Shown: positions 35,387-45,800 of the stretch, piece after piece
Numbering within the stretch: the stretch's first letter is position 1
Layout: the number at the start of each line of letters is the position of its first letter
Source: a virus
Reading direction: 5' to 3' (one strand)
Length of the DNA: 64,000 nucleotides
IMG/VR virus record: IMGVR_UViG_3300021057_000011
Location: 35,726 to 99,725 of that record
The notes under the pieces: model-generated
What the model was told of the DNA's origin: nothing
Databases searched by the model: none
Seen by the model: the letters and a program-made list of their open reading frames with translations, nothing else
Made by a program: the position numbers and the translations under genes

Positions 35387-37263
35387 GCCGGCAAATAATC
35401 CGACGGCAGAATCGGCAGCTCGAGGGATTCGGGCGTGGCCCAGCCGTCCGCCGGCAGCACATCGGAATCCTTCACCAGCTGGTTGTAGACCTGGACATTG
35501 ATCGCCCAGCTCCACATCCGCTCGGTCCCGTCGATCCACTGCACGTTGAAGCCGTTTTGAGGTCCAAACACACAGCCCAGGGCAAAGGTCTCACCAAAGA
35601 CCTCGAGCCCGATCCGATCGAGGACCGGGCCCGCGCGCAGCTCCTCGTTGTTGTTGCCGCTGAACAGGCGGAGCGAATCGGCATGCAGCTTCTGCTTGGT
35701 CGCAATGCTGAGCCGATCCCCCAGGGCCAGCTGCTGCTCGAGCAGCTCGAGCAGGGCCCAGGCCTTTTGGTGCTCGAAGTTTTTCGTCTGCAGCTTTTGC
35801 ACCAGCGAGTTCTCCAGCAGCTCGCCGGAGAAATCGTACTCGAGCGAAAAGCGGCCGTGCACGATGTTTTCCAGCAGCTCGTCCTCGTAGGCCTCTTTGA
35901 CCTTTTCGATCATGCTGACGGTGGTGTGCAGAATATAGCGGTAGACCTTTTCCTCGCGGCGGGTGTTGCCATCGGCCTGCGCGGTCTCCTTGGTCAGGGT
36001 GATCGTCTTGGTGCCCTGGTCGTAATCGACGGCATCCGTGCGGGAGGTGGTGATCACTTCCGTGCTGCGCTCGGTGCGCTCGGTCTCGGTGATCACCTCA
36101 ACCCCGTTGCTGTCGAGCTCGCGTGTGCTCGTGCGGGTCGTGGTCGTGCCGTCGGAGCTCTGTTCGGTGAATTCGGTGGTCTGGCTCGTGGGGGTGCGCT
36201 CCGTGCTCGAGGTTGTGGTGCGCAGCCAGTTGCCGTTTTTGTCGTAGACCTTGGTTTCGTTGGTTTCGTTTAAGGGGCTGATGACGGTGCTGACGGTTTC
36301 CTGGCGGGCTTCTTGAAACTCCTGCTCGAGCTTGGCCAGCGGGTCGAGGTAGGGCTCTTCGCGCACCGTGGCCTCGACAAACTGATTGCCGTCGGGGTCG
36401 GTCTTGGTGGTGTAGACGTGGGTGATCTTGAGGTTGCTGTCGGGGTCGATCGTGACCTCTTCGACACTTTCGTCGGCACTCCCCTGGCTCAGAACCGTGT
36501 CGGTCTCGTTCGGCGGGGCCGGCTCCACGGTCGATTTCATTTCGTCGTTCCAGTAGGCCAGGTCTTGCTCGACGGTGCTGGGTCCGATGTACTGAACGAA
36601 GCGCATGCCGGTGATGGTGGTTAGCTCGATCGGCTTGCCGAAGACCTTGGGGTTGGTGGTGTAGACCTGCCGCCGGGTTTTGCTGCGGCGGGTAGCGGTC
36701 CCGGTCGGGCCCACCAGATCCTCGGGATCCGCCAGGGTGGTTTCGACCACCACCGTTTCGGTCTGGCTGCTCGGCGGCAGGGTCCGGGTCGTGCGCGTGG
36801 AGGTGCGCGGGAACTGCTTGGGGCTGACCTCGGAAATCGAGGTGGTGTGGGAGCCGCGGTTCTGCTGCGGCCCGATGGCTTCGTAAAAGGCCTGCAGCGA
36901 GCCGTAGGGGTTGGTCCCGTTGATCAGGTGGTATTCGTTGTTGGGATCGAAGACCGTCTCGTAGGTTTCCTTGACCCGGGTGCCGTCGGACTCGGTGTAG
37001 GTCTTTTCCCGGATCGTGGTGATCGAGCCGTCACGGTTGACCCGCTCGGTGGTGGATTCACGGGCCTTGCCCAGGGCCTCGCCCGTGAGCCAGCTGCGGG
37101 TGCGGATCTCGAAGCGGGGCTGCTTGGCGGAAATGGCCTTGACCGGCAAGATAATGCCGCCGAGGGAGACCACGCAGCCGTTGTACTGGGCCAGCAGCTC
37201 CGCGTTGCGGGCCTGCTCCTCGGACGTGAGGTCGAAGTAGTACTTGCCGTCGATCAGGGCCAT
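35383..37263 (-). CDS. Thr/Glu-rich tail protein with beta-hairpin-like repeats
   Basis: Recurrent T-x-T...DG/DPDG turns; tail-tip cluster. Confidence 0.6.
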   Translation of the reverse strand: MALIDGKYYFDLTSEEQARNAELLAQYNGCVVSLGGIILPVKAISAKQPRFEIRTRSWLTGEALGKARESTTERVNRDGSITTIREKTYTESDGTRVKETYETVFDPNNEYHLINGTNPYGSLQAFYEAIGPQQNRGSHTTSISEVSPKQFPRTSTRTTRTLPPSSQTETVVVETTLADPEDLVGPTGTATRRSKTRRQVYTTNPKVFGKPIELTTITGMRFVQYIGPSTVEQDLAYWNDEMKSTVEPAPPNETDTVLSQGSADESVEEVTIDPDSNLKITHVYTTKTDPDGNQFVEATVREEPYLDPLAKLEQEFQEARQETVSTVISPLNETNETKVYDKNGNWLRTTTSSTERTPTSQTTEFTEQSSDGTTTTRTSTRELDSNGVEVITETERTERSTEVITTSRTDAVDYDQGTKTITLTKETAQADGNTRREEKVYRYILHTTVSMIEKVKEAYEDELLENIVHGRFSLEYDFSGELLENSLVQKLQTKNFEHQKAWALLELLEQQLALGDRLSIATKQKLHADSLRLFSGNNNEELRAGPVLDRIGLEVFGETFALGCVFGPQNGFNVQWIDGTERMWSWAINVQVYNQLVKDSDVLPADGWATPESLELPILPSDYLPA

Positions 37264-37812
37264 TTAAAAACCTGCTTCCGGATGCCAGGAACGGAACATC
37301 TTGTTGTAGGTGCTGTCCGGTTCCGCCACGGTGGTCGCGGTCAGCCCCGCAGCCGCCTGTTTGCGCTCTTGAATCAAGGTGGCCGTCAGCCCCGCAGCTG
37401 CCGCCGGTGTGATGGTCCGGATGTAGGTGGCCGTCAGGCCTGAAACCGGTGGGGCGTCTTCAGCGATCCGGGTGGCCGTCAGGCCCGCTGCTGCCTCGGT
37501 TTGGAGGACCGTGGTCTTGCTCAGGCCCGCCACCGAGCCCGGGGACATGACCTGGGTCACGGTCAGGCCCGCCGGGACACTGCTGGGCTCTTTGACCAGC
37601 AGGGTGCGGCTCAGGCCCTGGGAGGAGGTGCTGACGATCGTGGCGATCAGGGCGGCGGTGAGGGCATTCACCACCCCGCTGTCGGGAATGCGGGTGGCCG
37701 TCAGACCGGCTTCTTCGCTGCCGCCATAGATTCGCGTGGCGGTGACACCGGCTTCGTTGGTCTCGAAGGCAATGCGGGTCGCTGTCAGGCCCGATTCGTT
37801 GCTGTCAGGCAT
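37264..37812 (-). CDS. Repeat protein with 11 x [AS]GLTATxI units
   Basis: Eleven 14-16-aa repeats visible in both protein and DNA. Confidence 0.75.
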   Translation of the reverse strand: MPDSNESGLTATRIAFETNEAGVTATRIYGGSEEAGLTATRIPDSGVVNALTAALIATIVSTSSQGLSRTLLVKEPSSVPAGLTVTQVMSPGSVAGLSKTTVLQTEAAAGLTATRIAEDAPPVSGLTATYIRTITPAAAAGLTATLIQERKQAAAGLTATTVAEPDSTYNKMFRSWHPEAGF

Positions 37813-38173
37813 ACTTGAAGACCTTGTCACTCATGGTTTGCTGCAAATGCGCCAGGCTGATCGGGGTCTCCTCGATCATCTGCGGGTGCACGATGAAGCC
37901 TTTGGCCTGGACCCCGTCGAAGACCCCCACCAGCGTGGTGACCATCTTCCCTAAGCCCGGGACCACGATCGCGTCGTTGAAGAGGACATAGGTGCTGCCG
38001 ATCAGGGTGATGATGTCGTGGCGGGCGGGGTGGTCGATCACGACCTTCTCTACGGCCCCGTCGACGGCCGGGCCCTTGAAGGGCACGCCCCCGGACACGG
38101 TCCGGCCGTCTTTGAGATAGAAGGTGATCAGCTCCCCGGGTTTTTCCCCGGGGGTGCGCGGCAGGAAAAGCAT
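37805..38173 (-). CDS. Hypothetical tail-region protein
   Basis: TGATG overlap; start MLFLP. Confidence 0.65.
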   Translation of the reverse strand: MLFLPRTPGEKPGELITFYLKDGRTVSGGVPFKGPAVDGAVEKVVIDHPARHDIITLIGSTYVLFNDAIVVPGLGKMVTTLVGVFDGVQAKGFIVHPQMIEETPISLAHLQQTMSDKVFKYA

Positions 38174-38952
38174 CAGGACGCTGTCGCAACCGCCTTGTCG
38201 CTGTACTTGAACCCACTGGTGGGGAGGGTCATGTACGGCAGCGAGTTCGAGGCCGCGGTGTCGGCATGCCGGATCACCCGATCCCCGCCGGCGGCAGCCA
38301 GGGCCGCGTCGTCGCCGAAGATGCTGTGCATGTGGGTGTGGTTCAGAGAGGTGATGCCCGTGGCGCTGGGCTCGCCCGACTGGTTGGTGTTGCCCCGGAC
38401 CGAGCAGGTCGGGTCCTGGTCGACGAAGGCGTAGTGCACCGCCAGGTAGGCCTGCAGCACGCCGGCGGTGGTGGAGGTGGCGCTGTGGACGGCCATCGCC
38501 AGGTTGAACAGGCAGCGGTTGACCAGGCCGGTGTTGTTGTCGCCGAGGAAGTTCTGCGAGCTCGGCAGCAGGGGCAGGTAATCCGTGTTGCCGCGCAGGC
38601 AGCGGCCGAGGCCTGCGGAGGGGTCGCCTGTGCCGCCGGTCTGGTTGGCATTGGCGGCCCAATTGGACCCGGACGACGCGCTGTGGGTGGCAATCGCGCG
38701 CAACGCGCTGCCGGGCACGGCGGTCCCGGCATCGTAGGTCGGGCTCGTGCTCCAGAACATCTTGGCATCGCCCGTCCCGGCGGTGATGTTGCTGAGGCCC
38801 GAATCCGACCAGGCCTTGAGGATCGGGTGCGAGGCCAGGGCGTAGGTGGCCGAGATGGCAGTGGCGATCAGGGGAAAAATGACGTCGTAGGCACAGGTGA
38901 AGTTCTGGTTCCCGGCCCCGTTGATTTTGGTGTTGAGGGCAATTGCGGTCAC
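38173..38952 (-). CDS. Ala/Gly/Thr-rich virion protein
   Basis: GTG start after AGGGAG; structural-protein composition. Confidence 0.65.
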   Translation of the reverse strand: MTAIALNTKINGAGNQNFTCAYDVIFPLIATAISATYALASHPILKAWSDSGLSNITAGTGDAKMFWSTSPTYDAGTAVPGSALRAIATHSASSGSNWAANANQTGGTGDPSAGLGRCLRGNTDYLPLLPSSQNFLGDNNTGLVNRCLFNLAMAVHSATSTTAGVLQAYLAVHYAFVDQDPTCSVRGNTNQSGEPSATGITSLNHTHMHSIFGDDAALAAAGGDRVIRHADTAASNSLPYMTLPTSGFKYSDKAVATAS

Positions 38953-39060
38953 AAGCGGGCGCTCCCTTGTCAGGTGGTGGATGGAACCTGATCGGTGAGC
39001 CAAAAAGGGGGCCGGCGGGGTGATCGGTCAGGGTGGCAAGACGGCCAAAACCCTGATGCG

Positions 39061-39089
39061 AGTATGCGCTATTGTGAGGGGAAGTTCAA
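39061..39089 (-). promoter_or_regulatory. Sigma70-type promoter candidate for the tail-tip genes
   Basis: TTGAAC-17 bp-CATACT. Confidence 0.5.
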
Positions 39090-39246
39090 GGTAGAGGCGG
39101 TGAAGTTCCGGATCACGCCTGTGTATTCAAAAGATCTATTCATTTCTTTCGGTTTTTGAATAAATTCGCCTTAATCTATTCTTAGTTGATCCCTATGCTA
39201 CGATGGAATCGAAATTTCTAGCTTGTGTTGAATAGACGAGGTGCTT

Positions 39247-39585
39247 ATGTCAAAATCCAACCAGTCTGTTGACTGGACTGCGCGTGATGCGCGAGTCGAA
39301 TCGATCCCACTTCTGACAGCCCCCGATCCCGATAAGTCGAAAGACTGGTTTACCCCAGTTAGTAGATATTCACACAGTCCCAGGCATGCCTATCATTTCT
39401 ATCGTCCCGTGAGGGTTTCGAAACCCTATCGAACAAAGGTGTCAACACCACGCAAAGCCTCTCCTGAAGGTAGCTCGGTTGTGTGCTTAACACCTGCGCT
39501 CTGTTGCGTCCATTGTGGGGACCACCCTACCAATCTCAGTGACCATTACGATCACTGCCGCATGAATCCCTTGGCTAGTGGTTAA
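39247..39585 (+). CDS. Opposite-strand small protein with a C-terminal C2HC-like Zn finger
   Basis: GAGGTG SD; CVHC-x9-H-x3-C; AT-richer DNA. Confidence 0.55.
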   Translation: MSKSNQSVDWTARDARVESIPLLTAPDPDKSKDWFTPVSRYSHSPRHAYHFYRPVRVSKPYRTKVSTPRKASPEGSSVVCLTPALCCVHCGDHPTNLSDHYDHCRMNPLASG

Positions 39586-39845
39586 GTCTCTTTAGCCGAA
39601 AGCCTCATCGACCCATAAAGCAGCATCATTATGACAAATGCCCAAGCAACACTTGGCCAAAAGGCTTGGTGTAGGTGGTACACAAGAAAAACAAAGATTA
39701 GCCCACCGATAACGGTCGAAATTTCAGAGTGATATGCTTTTTCGGCTTTACGCTTCTGAACCTGGAGACCGTAACCACATTTAGGGCAGGCCAGGGCCTG
39801 ATCGGACATATGGGTTTTGCACTCTGGGCACGGAATTAGGGTCAT
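39582..39845 (-). CDS. Double zinc-ribbon + 2-TM membrane protein
   Basis: CPECKTHMSDQALACPKCG, then two hydrophobic helices; GAGGAGG SD. Confidence 0.8.
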   Translation of the reverse strand: MTLIPCPECKTHMSDQALACPKCGYGLQVQKRKAEKAYHSEISTVIGGLIFVFLVYHLHQAFWPSVAWAFVIMMLLYGSMRLSAKET

Positions 39846-39899
39846 TGAGGGGCCTCCTCGTCAGTGGGTGCCCCGATCATACCATGGGTCGCCGGATTT

Positions 39900-42800
39900 T
39901 CAGCGGTTCGATTTTTCGGAGCTGAAACCCGGGGACGGCACGGTCCGTGTCGGGGGCTTGTCCACGGCCTGCTGAATCTGGTCCTCCGTCGCGTTCGGGT
40001 TCGACAGCAGGGTGACCAGGGTGTCGAGCGACTGCAGGCCCTTCTCGAGATGGGCCTCATAGTTCTTGGTCGGGGTCGACGGCTTGCCGGCCATCATCGA
40101 GAGGACCTTGAACATCTGCTGCATCAGCTGGACCTGGGTCCGGACATCGGATTTGACCTGGTTATCTGAGGCCGACTGGACCTGACGCTGGGTGGCCTTG
40201 TCGTGTTCTTTGGTGCGGCGGTTGGTGGCGGCGAGCTCCATGGCCGGCTGGTGATTGACCGTCGCCATGCTGTAGTCGAGGTCGTCGCTGACGACCCGCT
40301 TGCTGGCGGCCGAGCGGCGGGGGATGCCCGAGCTTTGTGTCCCACGCAGAGCGGCTGCACCCAGGGTGGTGTTGCGCGGGTCGCTGTACAATTCGCGCTG
40401 TTTTCCGACGATTTCGGTGATTTTCTGGGTGTCCTTGAAGCCCACCGCGGCCGCGAATTTTTCCACGGCTTTGGTGAAGAGATCCGCTCCCTTGAGGAAG
40501 AGGGTTTCGGGCTTGAGGCCGGCATTCTTGAGATCCGGGCGCAGCAGATCGGCCTTGGCATCGGCGTCGGCCTGGATCCGGGCCAAGGTCCCGCTGTCGA
40601 GCGATTTGCGGAACTGCTCGAAGCTGAGATGCGCCCGTTCTTTATCCGGTGCGAGGGTCCGCAGGTTCTCGATTTCGGCCTTGACCAGGTCATCGACAAT
40701 TCCCCGGCGGGTCTGAATTTTCGCTTGCTGATCCTCAAGCTCAGTGTCGGGGGCGGTCTTTTGGAGGCGGCGGATAAAGCTTGCAAACGATTTGGCGTGT
40801 TCTTTGACGAAGGGCTTTTCCTTTTCTGAAATCCCGCCAGCCTTGATGTCGCCTAAGGCATTGCCGAAATCCGTGACTTCCTTGAGGATGTCGTCCCGCT
40901 TCGCACCGGAGGCAAACAGCGTATTGATTTTGCGCGTCGTTTCAAACAGCTCCCCGATTTGGATTGCCTTGTTGACCGGTTCAGGCAAATTGTCCGCGCC
41001 AGTCTGGGCCCGGTAAATCGCCCGGAAAAGGTTGTTACGAGATTTGATCCGGAACTCGTCCCGATCCGCAATAGCCTTGGCGAGCTCGCGCTCTTCTTTT
41101 TTGAGCTCAACAGCCTGCTTGGCCAACTCGTTGATTTTGCGACGGGAATTGACCTCGTCGTTGAGCAGGAACTGGTATTGGCGTTGCGCGTTGCTCAGCC
41201 CCTCAGCCAGGTCCTCGGCATTCTGCCGCTCGATCTCTGCCTGTTCGTCGGGATTGACCGCAACCAGATCTCCAATCTGGTACTCCCGGGCCAGGGTGCT
41301 GCGCAGGCCGGCTTTGCGCCGGGCGGTCTCGTTGCGATCGGCGATCCGATCGAGGATCCCCTGCTGCTGCTGTTCGAACTGCAGCCGGCGGAGCTCGGCG
41401 TCCCCCTGTTCCTGGATGATGCTCACCCGGGTCAGGTCCCGGTCCGCGGCGCGCAATTCCGCCCGTGAGGTGGGGACCGCACTCGTGCTACGAATGAGGG
41501 GAACTTGCTCAATCGCGATTTGGGTCCGGATCTGGACCGCATTCTGCTCCTGCAGATTGGCGACCTGGCGCAGCAGGTCGATGTCTTTCTGCCGCAGCTG
41601 CAGGAGCTTGTCGTAGGATCCCAAGGCCTGCCCGACGGCCTGGTTGAACTCGTTCACCAGCTGGGTGTACTGGTCTGTCCCAGGCAGGGCGGCATCCACC
41701 AGGCGGCTGAGGGCCCGGACCTGCTGGATTGTCCCTTCGAAAGCGCGGCCGCTGTCGAGGCTGTCGAGCTGCTGCAATGAACGGGTCACCGCATCGATCG
41801 CCGTGAGGGTGTCCGACAGGACCGCGGTCATTTCCCGGGCCAGTTCCGTGCGGCCGCGCAGGGCCTGCTCAGCGGCGATGTCCGCCTGCTCTTGCCGTAG
41901 CTTGGCCTCCTTAGCCTCGGGACTGTCGGCCAGCAGGGGGTTGGAAAAGACGTTGGCGTTGATCTTCCGGATTTCGCTGGCGGCATCCAGTGGGGTGATT
42001 CGCTTCTGGGCCAGGTCGGTCTGGATTTCCTCGAGCTGCTTCTGGGCATCGTCGATCTGCTGCTGGGTCAGGTTCGAAATCTGGATGCCGGCATTTTTGG
42101 ATTTTTCACCCACGTCGTTGATGACCACACCGAGGGCCTCGAGGTTCTTGCGCAGCTGGTTGGATTCCCCCGCGGCCTGGCGCAAGGTGTTGATGAACTT
42201 GCTGATCGTCGTCGCACCGCTGGCGCCTTTGACATTGTCCTCCGGCCGCAGGGCCTTGAGCAGCCGGTCGAGATCCTTGAAGCCGGCCTCTCGGCCTTCT
42301 TCGGAATCGGAAGTGATAGCGCGCGAGATGATGGTCTGAAACTCTTTCAGGGTTTCAGGGTTTTCGATTTTGAAGCGCGATTGCAGATCTCCCAGGGCCT
42401 TGATCTCGCCCTTTTTGTTGGTGTCCTGCAGCTGCTTTTTCAGCTTGGCCTGAGTGTCCTGATTTTCAATCAGGATGGTCTGGAAGGTGTTCTGCTCGCT
42501 CAGCAGGCGCTCGACCCGGCCCAGGACGATGGGTCCGCGGGCCCGACGGTCTTCCTTTTTCTTTTCGCGCAGCAGCTCAGCGCCCTGCCGGTCTCCGCGA
42601 GAGGCTGTGAGCAGAATTTGTGTGTCGATGTTGTCACTGATCTGCTTGTCGCGAGCGGCTTCCTCTTCGATGACCGTGACCCGTTCATGGCCCTTCTTGG
42701 CGGTTTCGGTCTGGGCTTTGAGCTTGGCGACCAGGGCCTCTTCCGGGGCCAAGGCATCGCTGATCAGCTTGAGGTCCTTGAGCACGGCTTCCAGTCGTTT

Positions 42801-45800
42801 GGCTTGGGCTGTGGCGGCTTCGTAGTAGCCCTTTTCAATCGCCTGGTTTTTCTGCAGGGCGTTGATGCGCTCCTGCTCCTCTTTTTTCAACCGCTCGACG
42901 GCGAAGTAATACTGATCAACATCGGACGCGCGGTCGGCGGCCCGCCCTTTTTCGGCATCTGGTCCGATGAACGTCGGCACTTCGGCCAGGTCCTCACCCA
43001 ACTGCTCGGTAGCTTTCTTGACCCCGCGGCGGGTCAGGAACTGGGCGGTTTGAATCTCGGGTGCCAGGCTCCGTTCTGCTGCAGCCTTGGCTCGGGCTTC
43101 CTCTGCACGGGTCTTTTCAAGCAGCTTTTCGAAAACGGGGATGGTCTTGCGCAGCTCTGCGGGGGTTTTGGCTCCGGCCACGAGATCTCCCAGGTCAGAC
43201 TCGCCCGTGATTTTCTTGATCTGTTCAAACAACTGCGGCGAAACATTCCCGGTCAGCCGACGCAGGCGCCGTTCGTCCACGTTGGGGAACAAGGTTTTGT
43301 CCAGATCACCTAGAACTTTCCTGGATGTGACTTCTGCTAAAATCAGTCCACCGAATCCGCCAATGGGTCCTAGACCGGGAATAGCAGATCCCGCGATAGC
43401 ACCACCAACCCCGGCCACATTTGAAAGGGTGCCTATGGGTATAATCGGGGATTTACGAGTCAGCTGGGCAAACTGTTGCAGATAGGGATTTGAAATCTGG
43501 GGTTCCCCTACCAGTTCCCCTGTGGAGGCGATGACATCTTCCGCCACACCGGCAGCCAGGGCTAAAGGACCTGCCCCCCGAAGTTTCGAAAGACCGGCAA
43601 AAGCAGCTTCGCCCCCGGCCTGCAGAAAACCGCCCAACCCCCTCAGCGCAGCTCTTGGGTTTCGAATCAGCTGGTTGGCTTGCTGAACACGGGCACTGAA
43701 GGGGACACGGGGTTTGGGGGCTGTCAGCAGGTCATCGTACAGTCCCAGTCCGCGCAAGCTGTCCGCCCCCGCGACCGCGCGTCCTACCCGTTGCACCGTT
43801 GTCGGGGTTTGGGTTTTAAGGGCATCGATGAGCTGCAACCCTTTTGCGCCGACAAAGGCTCCTCCGGCGATACTAGCCGCGCGCAGCCCCAGTCCCCCGA
43901 TCTTTTGGAGCCCTTCCCCGGCAAAACGAGCGGAATCGATCGCAGCATTTCCGGTGCGATCGGTGAACAGTCGGTTGCCGGCAAAGAGCCGGGCGACATT
44001 TTCCGCCGAGGTGCGGGAGTAGGAATCCGCTTCGTCCGTCAGGTACTGGTCCTTGCCGGCGGAATCGGCCGACAGGGCGGCCAGAAGAGAGACCAGGCCC
44101 AGGGCTCCGCCTTTGGAGAAGACCGTGCTGGCGACCTTGGGATTGGCGAACAGCGCGGGAATTCCCAGCGCCAGGCCGCCGATCGACAGGGCCGTGCCTG
44201 TGCCGTCGGGCAGACCGCCACCCTTGAGAAAGGCATCCAGCCCCTTGCGCAGCTCATTGAGCGCACTCAGCGGCTTGAAAATAGCCGTTGCGAAGACCGC
44301 AAAGCCGCTGGTGAGTTTTTCGAGAACAGAAAAGCCCGTGTTGCCGACGCTGACGAAGGCATTGGTCAGACCCAGGAAGGGCCCTTCCTGGGCACTTTCG
44401 CCGAAGGTCTGACCAAAGGCCTTGCCGATGTTGTTGAGAATGCCCAGCGTCAGCTGCTCGGTTTCGCGCAAGTTCTCCCCGAGCTCCTTGAGCCGGAGCA
44501 CCCGCCCGGTGGTCTGAATTCCTTTGCGCAGGTCGTCAAAGGCCCCGATCCCTTCAAAGACCGAGTTGACCAGCGAGAACTTGAACACGCCGGCGGCCAC
44601 CGAGCCAAAGGCGACCACTTCTGCACTCAGCTGGCGCACAATGCCAATGCCGTCCTGGAGCTTGTCGAGCCCCGGCCCGAAATTTTTCAGGATCGCCTCG
44701 CCGATGTTGAGTCCCGCGCGCAAGGACGAGGCGGCCTTGAAGGTTTCCCCGCCAGCGAGGCCCTTGGCGATGTTGCGGTTTTCAAAGGGCAGGGCATGCA
44801 GGGCCGACAGGCCCTTGGGAATGCCTGCGGCGGCCTTGGCGCTGATCAGGCGAGCAGCCAGCGAGCGCTCGAGCGAAAAGCCCTTTTCGACCGCCCCTTT
44901 GGCAGTGAAATTGTCCAGCACGCCGCCGAAGTTTTCCACATCTCCCAGCAGAGCCCGCTTGGCCTTCTTGCCAATCGCGGAATCGATCCCGATCCGAGCG
45001 ACGTTTCCGACCAGGCCGGTGGCGAAGTCGCCAGCCCGTTTGAGCACAAAAGGGGCGATGCCAATCGCGAAGACTGCGGCGATTTGGGCCTTGAACTTGA
45101 CCATGAACTGGAGGAACTCGAGGGCGCGCTTCGTCAGCCCGCCGAACAGGCCGCCGACGTCCTCTTTGAGGTAGCTGGCGAAGGCCTTCGAGGCGGCCGA
45201 GGCGGATTGGTCCGCTTCGCCGAAGGCCCCAGCAAGGGTATTGGCTCCTTCGGCGGCCTGGACAAGGAAATTCGTGACTTCCTGGAACGAGCTCTCGGTG
45301 GACAGCCGGATGATGGTCTGGAGGAAGTCCTGGACGTTGGACGAAGCGCCTTTGAAGGTTTTTCCCAGCCGCTCGACGGTGCCGGCAAAACGCAGCTGGA
45401 TGACTTTCTGGAGGGCCGAGACGGCTCCCTCGGAATCCTGGGCCGAGCCGGAAAAGCCGAAGGTCTTGAGATCCTCGCGGGAAATACCGTACTGGCGCAG
45501 GCGGACGAAGCGATTCTGGGTGGCGGCGATGAAGGCGTCCGTGGCCTGGTCGGGGGTCGTCCCAAAGGCGGCGGCGAGATCGACGATTGATTTGACCACC
45601 GAGCCCTGGTACTTCGGTCCCTTGGTGATGTCCAGATTGCCGGTCAGCGATTGCTGGGTGAAGCCTTCGGCTGCCAGTTTGTTGATCGTTGAAATCAGGT
45701 CCTTGCTCTCGAAAAAGGGCACTTCCAACGCAAAGGGCTGGGCGAAGCCTTCGAAAACCTTCTTGGCTTTTTCGGCTGTACCCAGCGTCGAGCTCAAGGT

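Noticed and set aside
24981-38952. Diversity-generating retroelement or invertible fibre cassette
   Set aside because: No reverse transcriptase or recombinase in the window, and I noticed no TR/VR pair or flanking inverted crossover sites.
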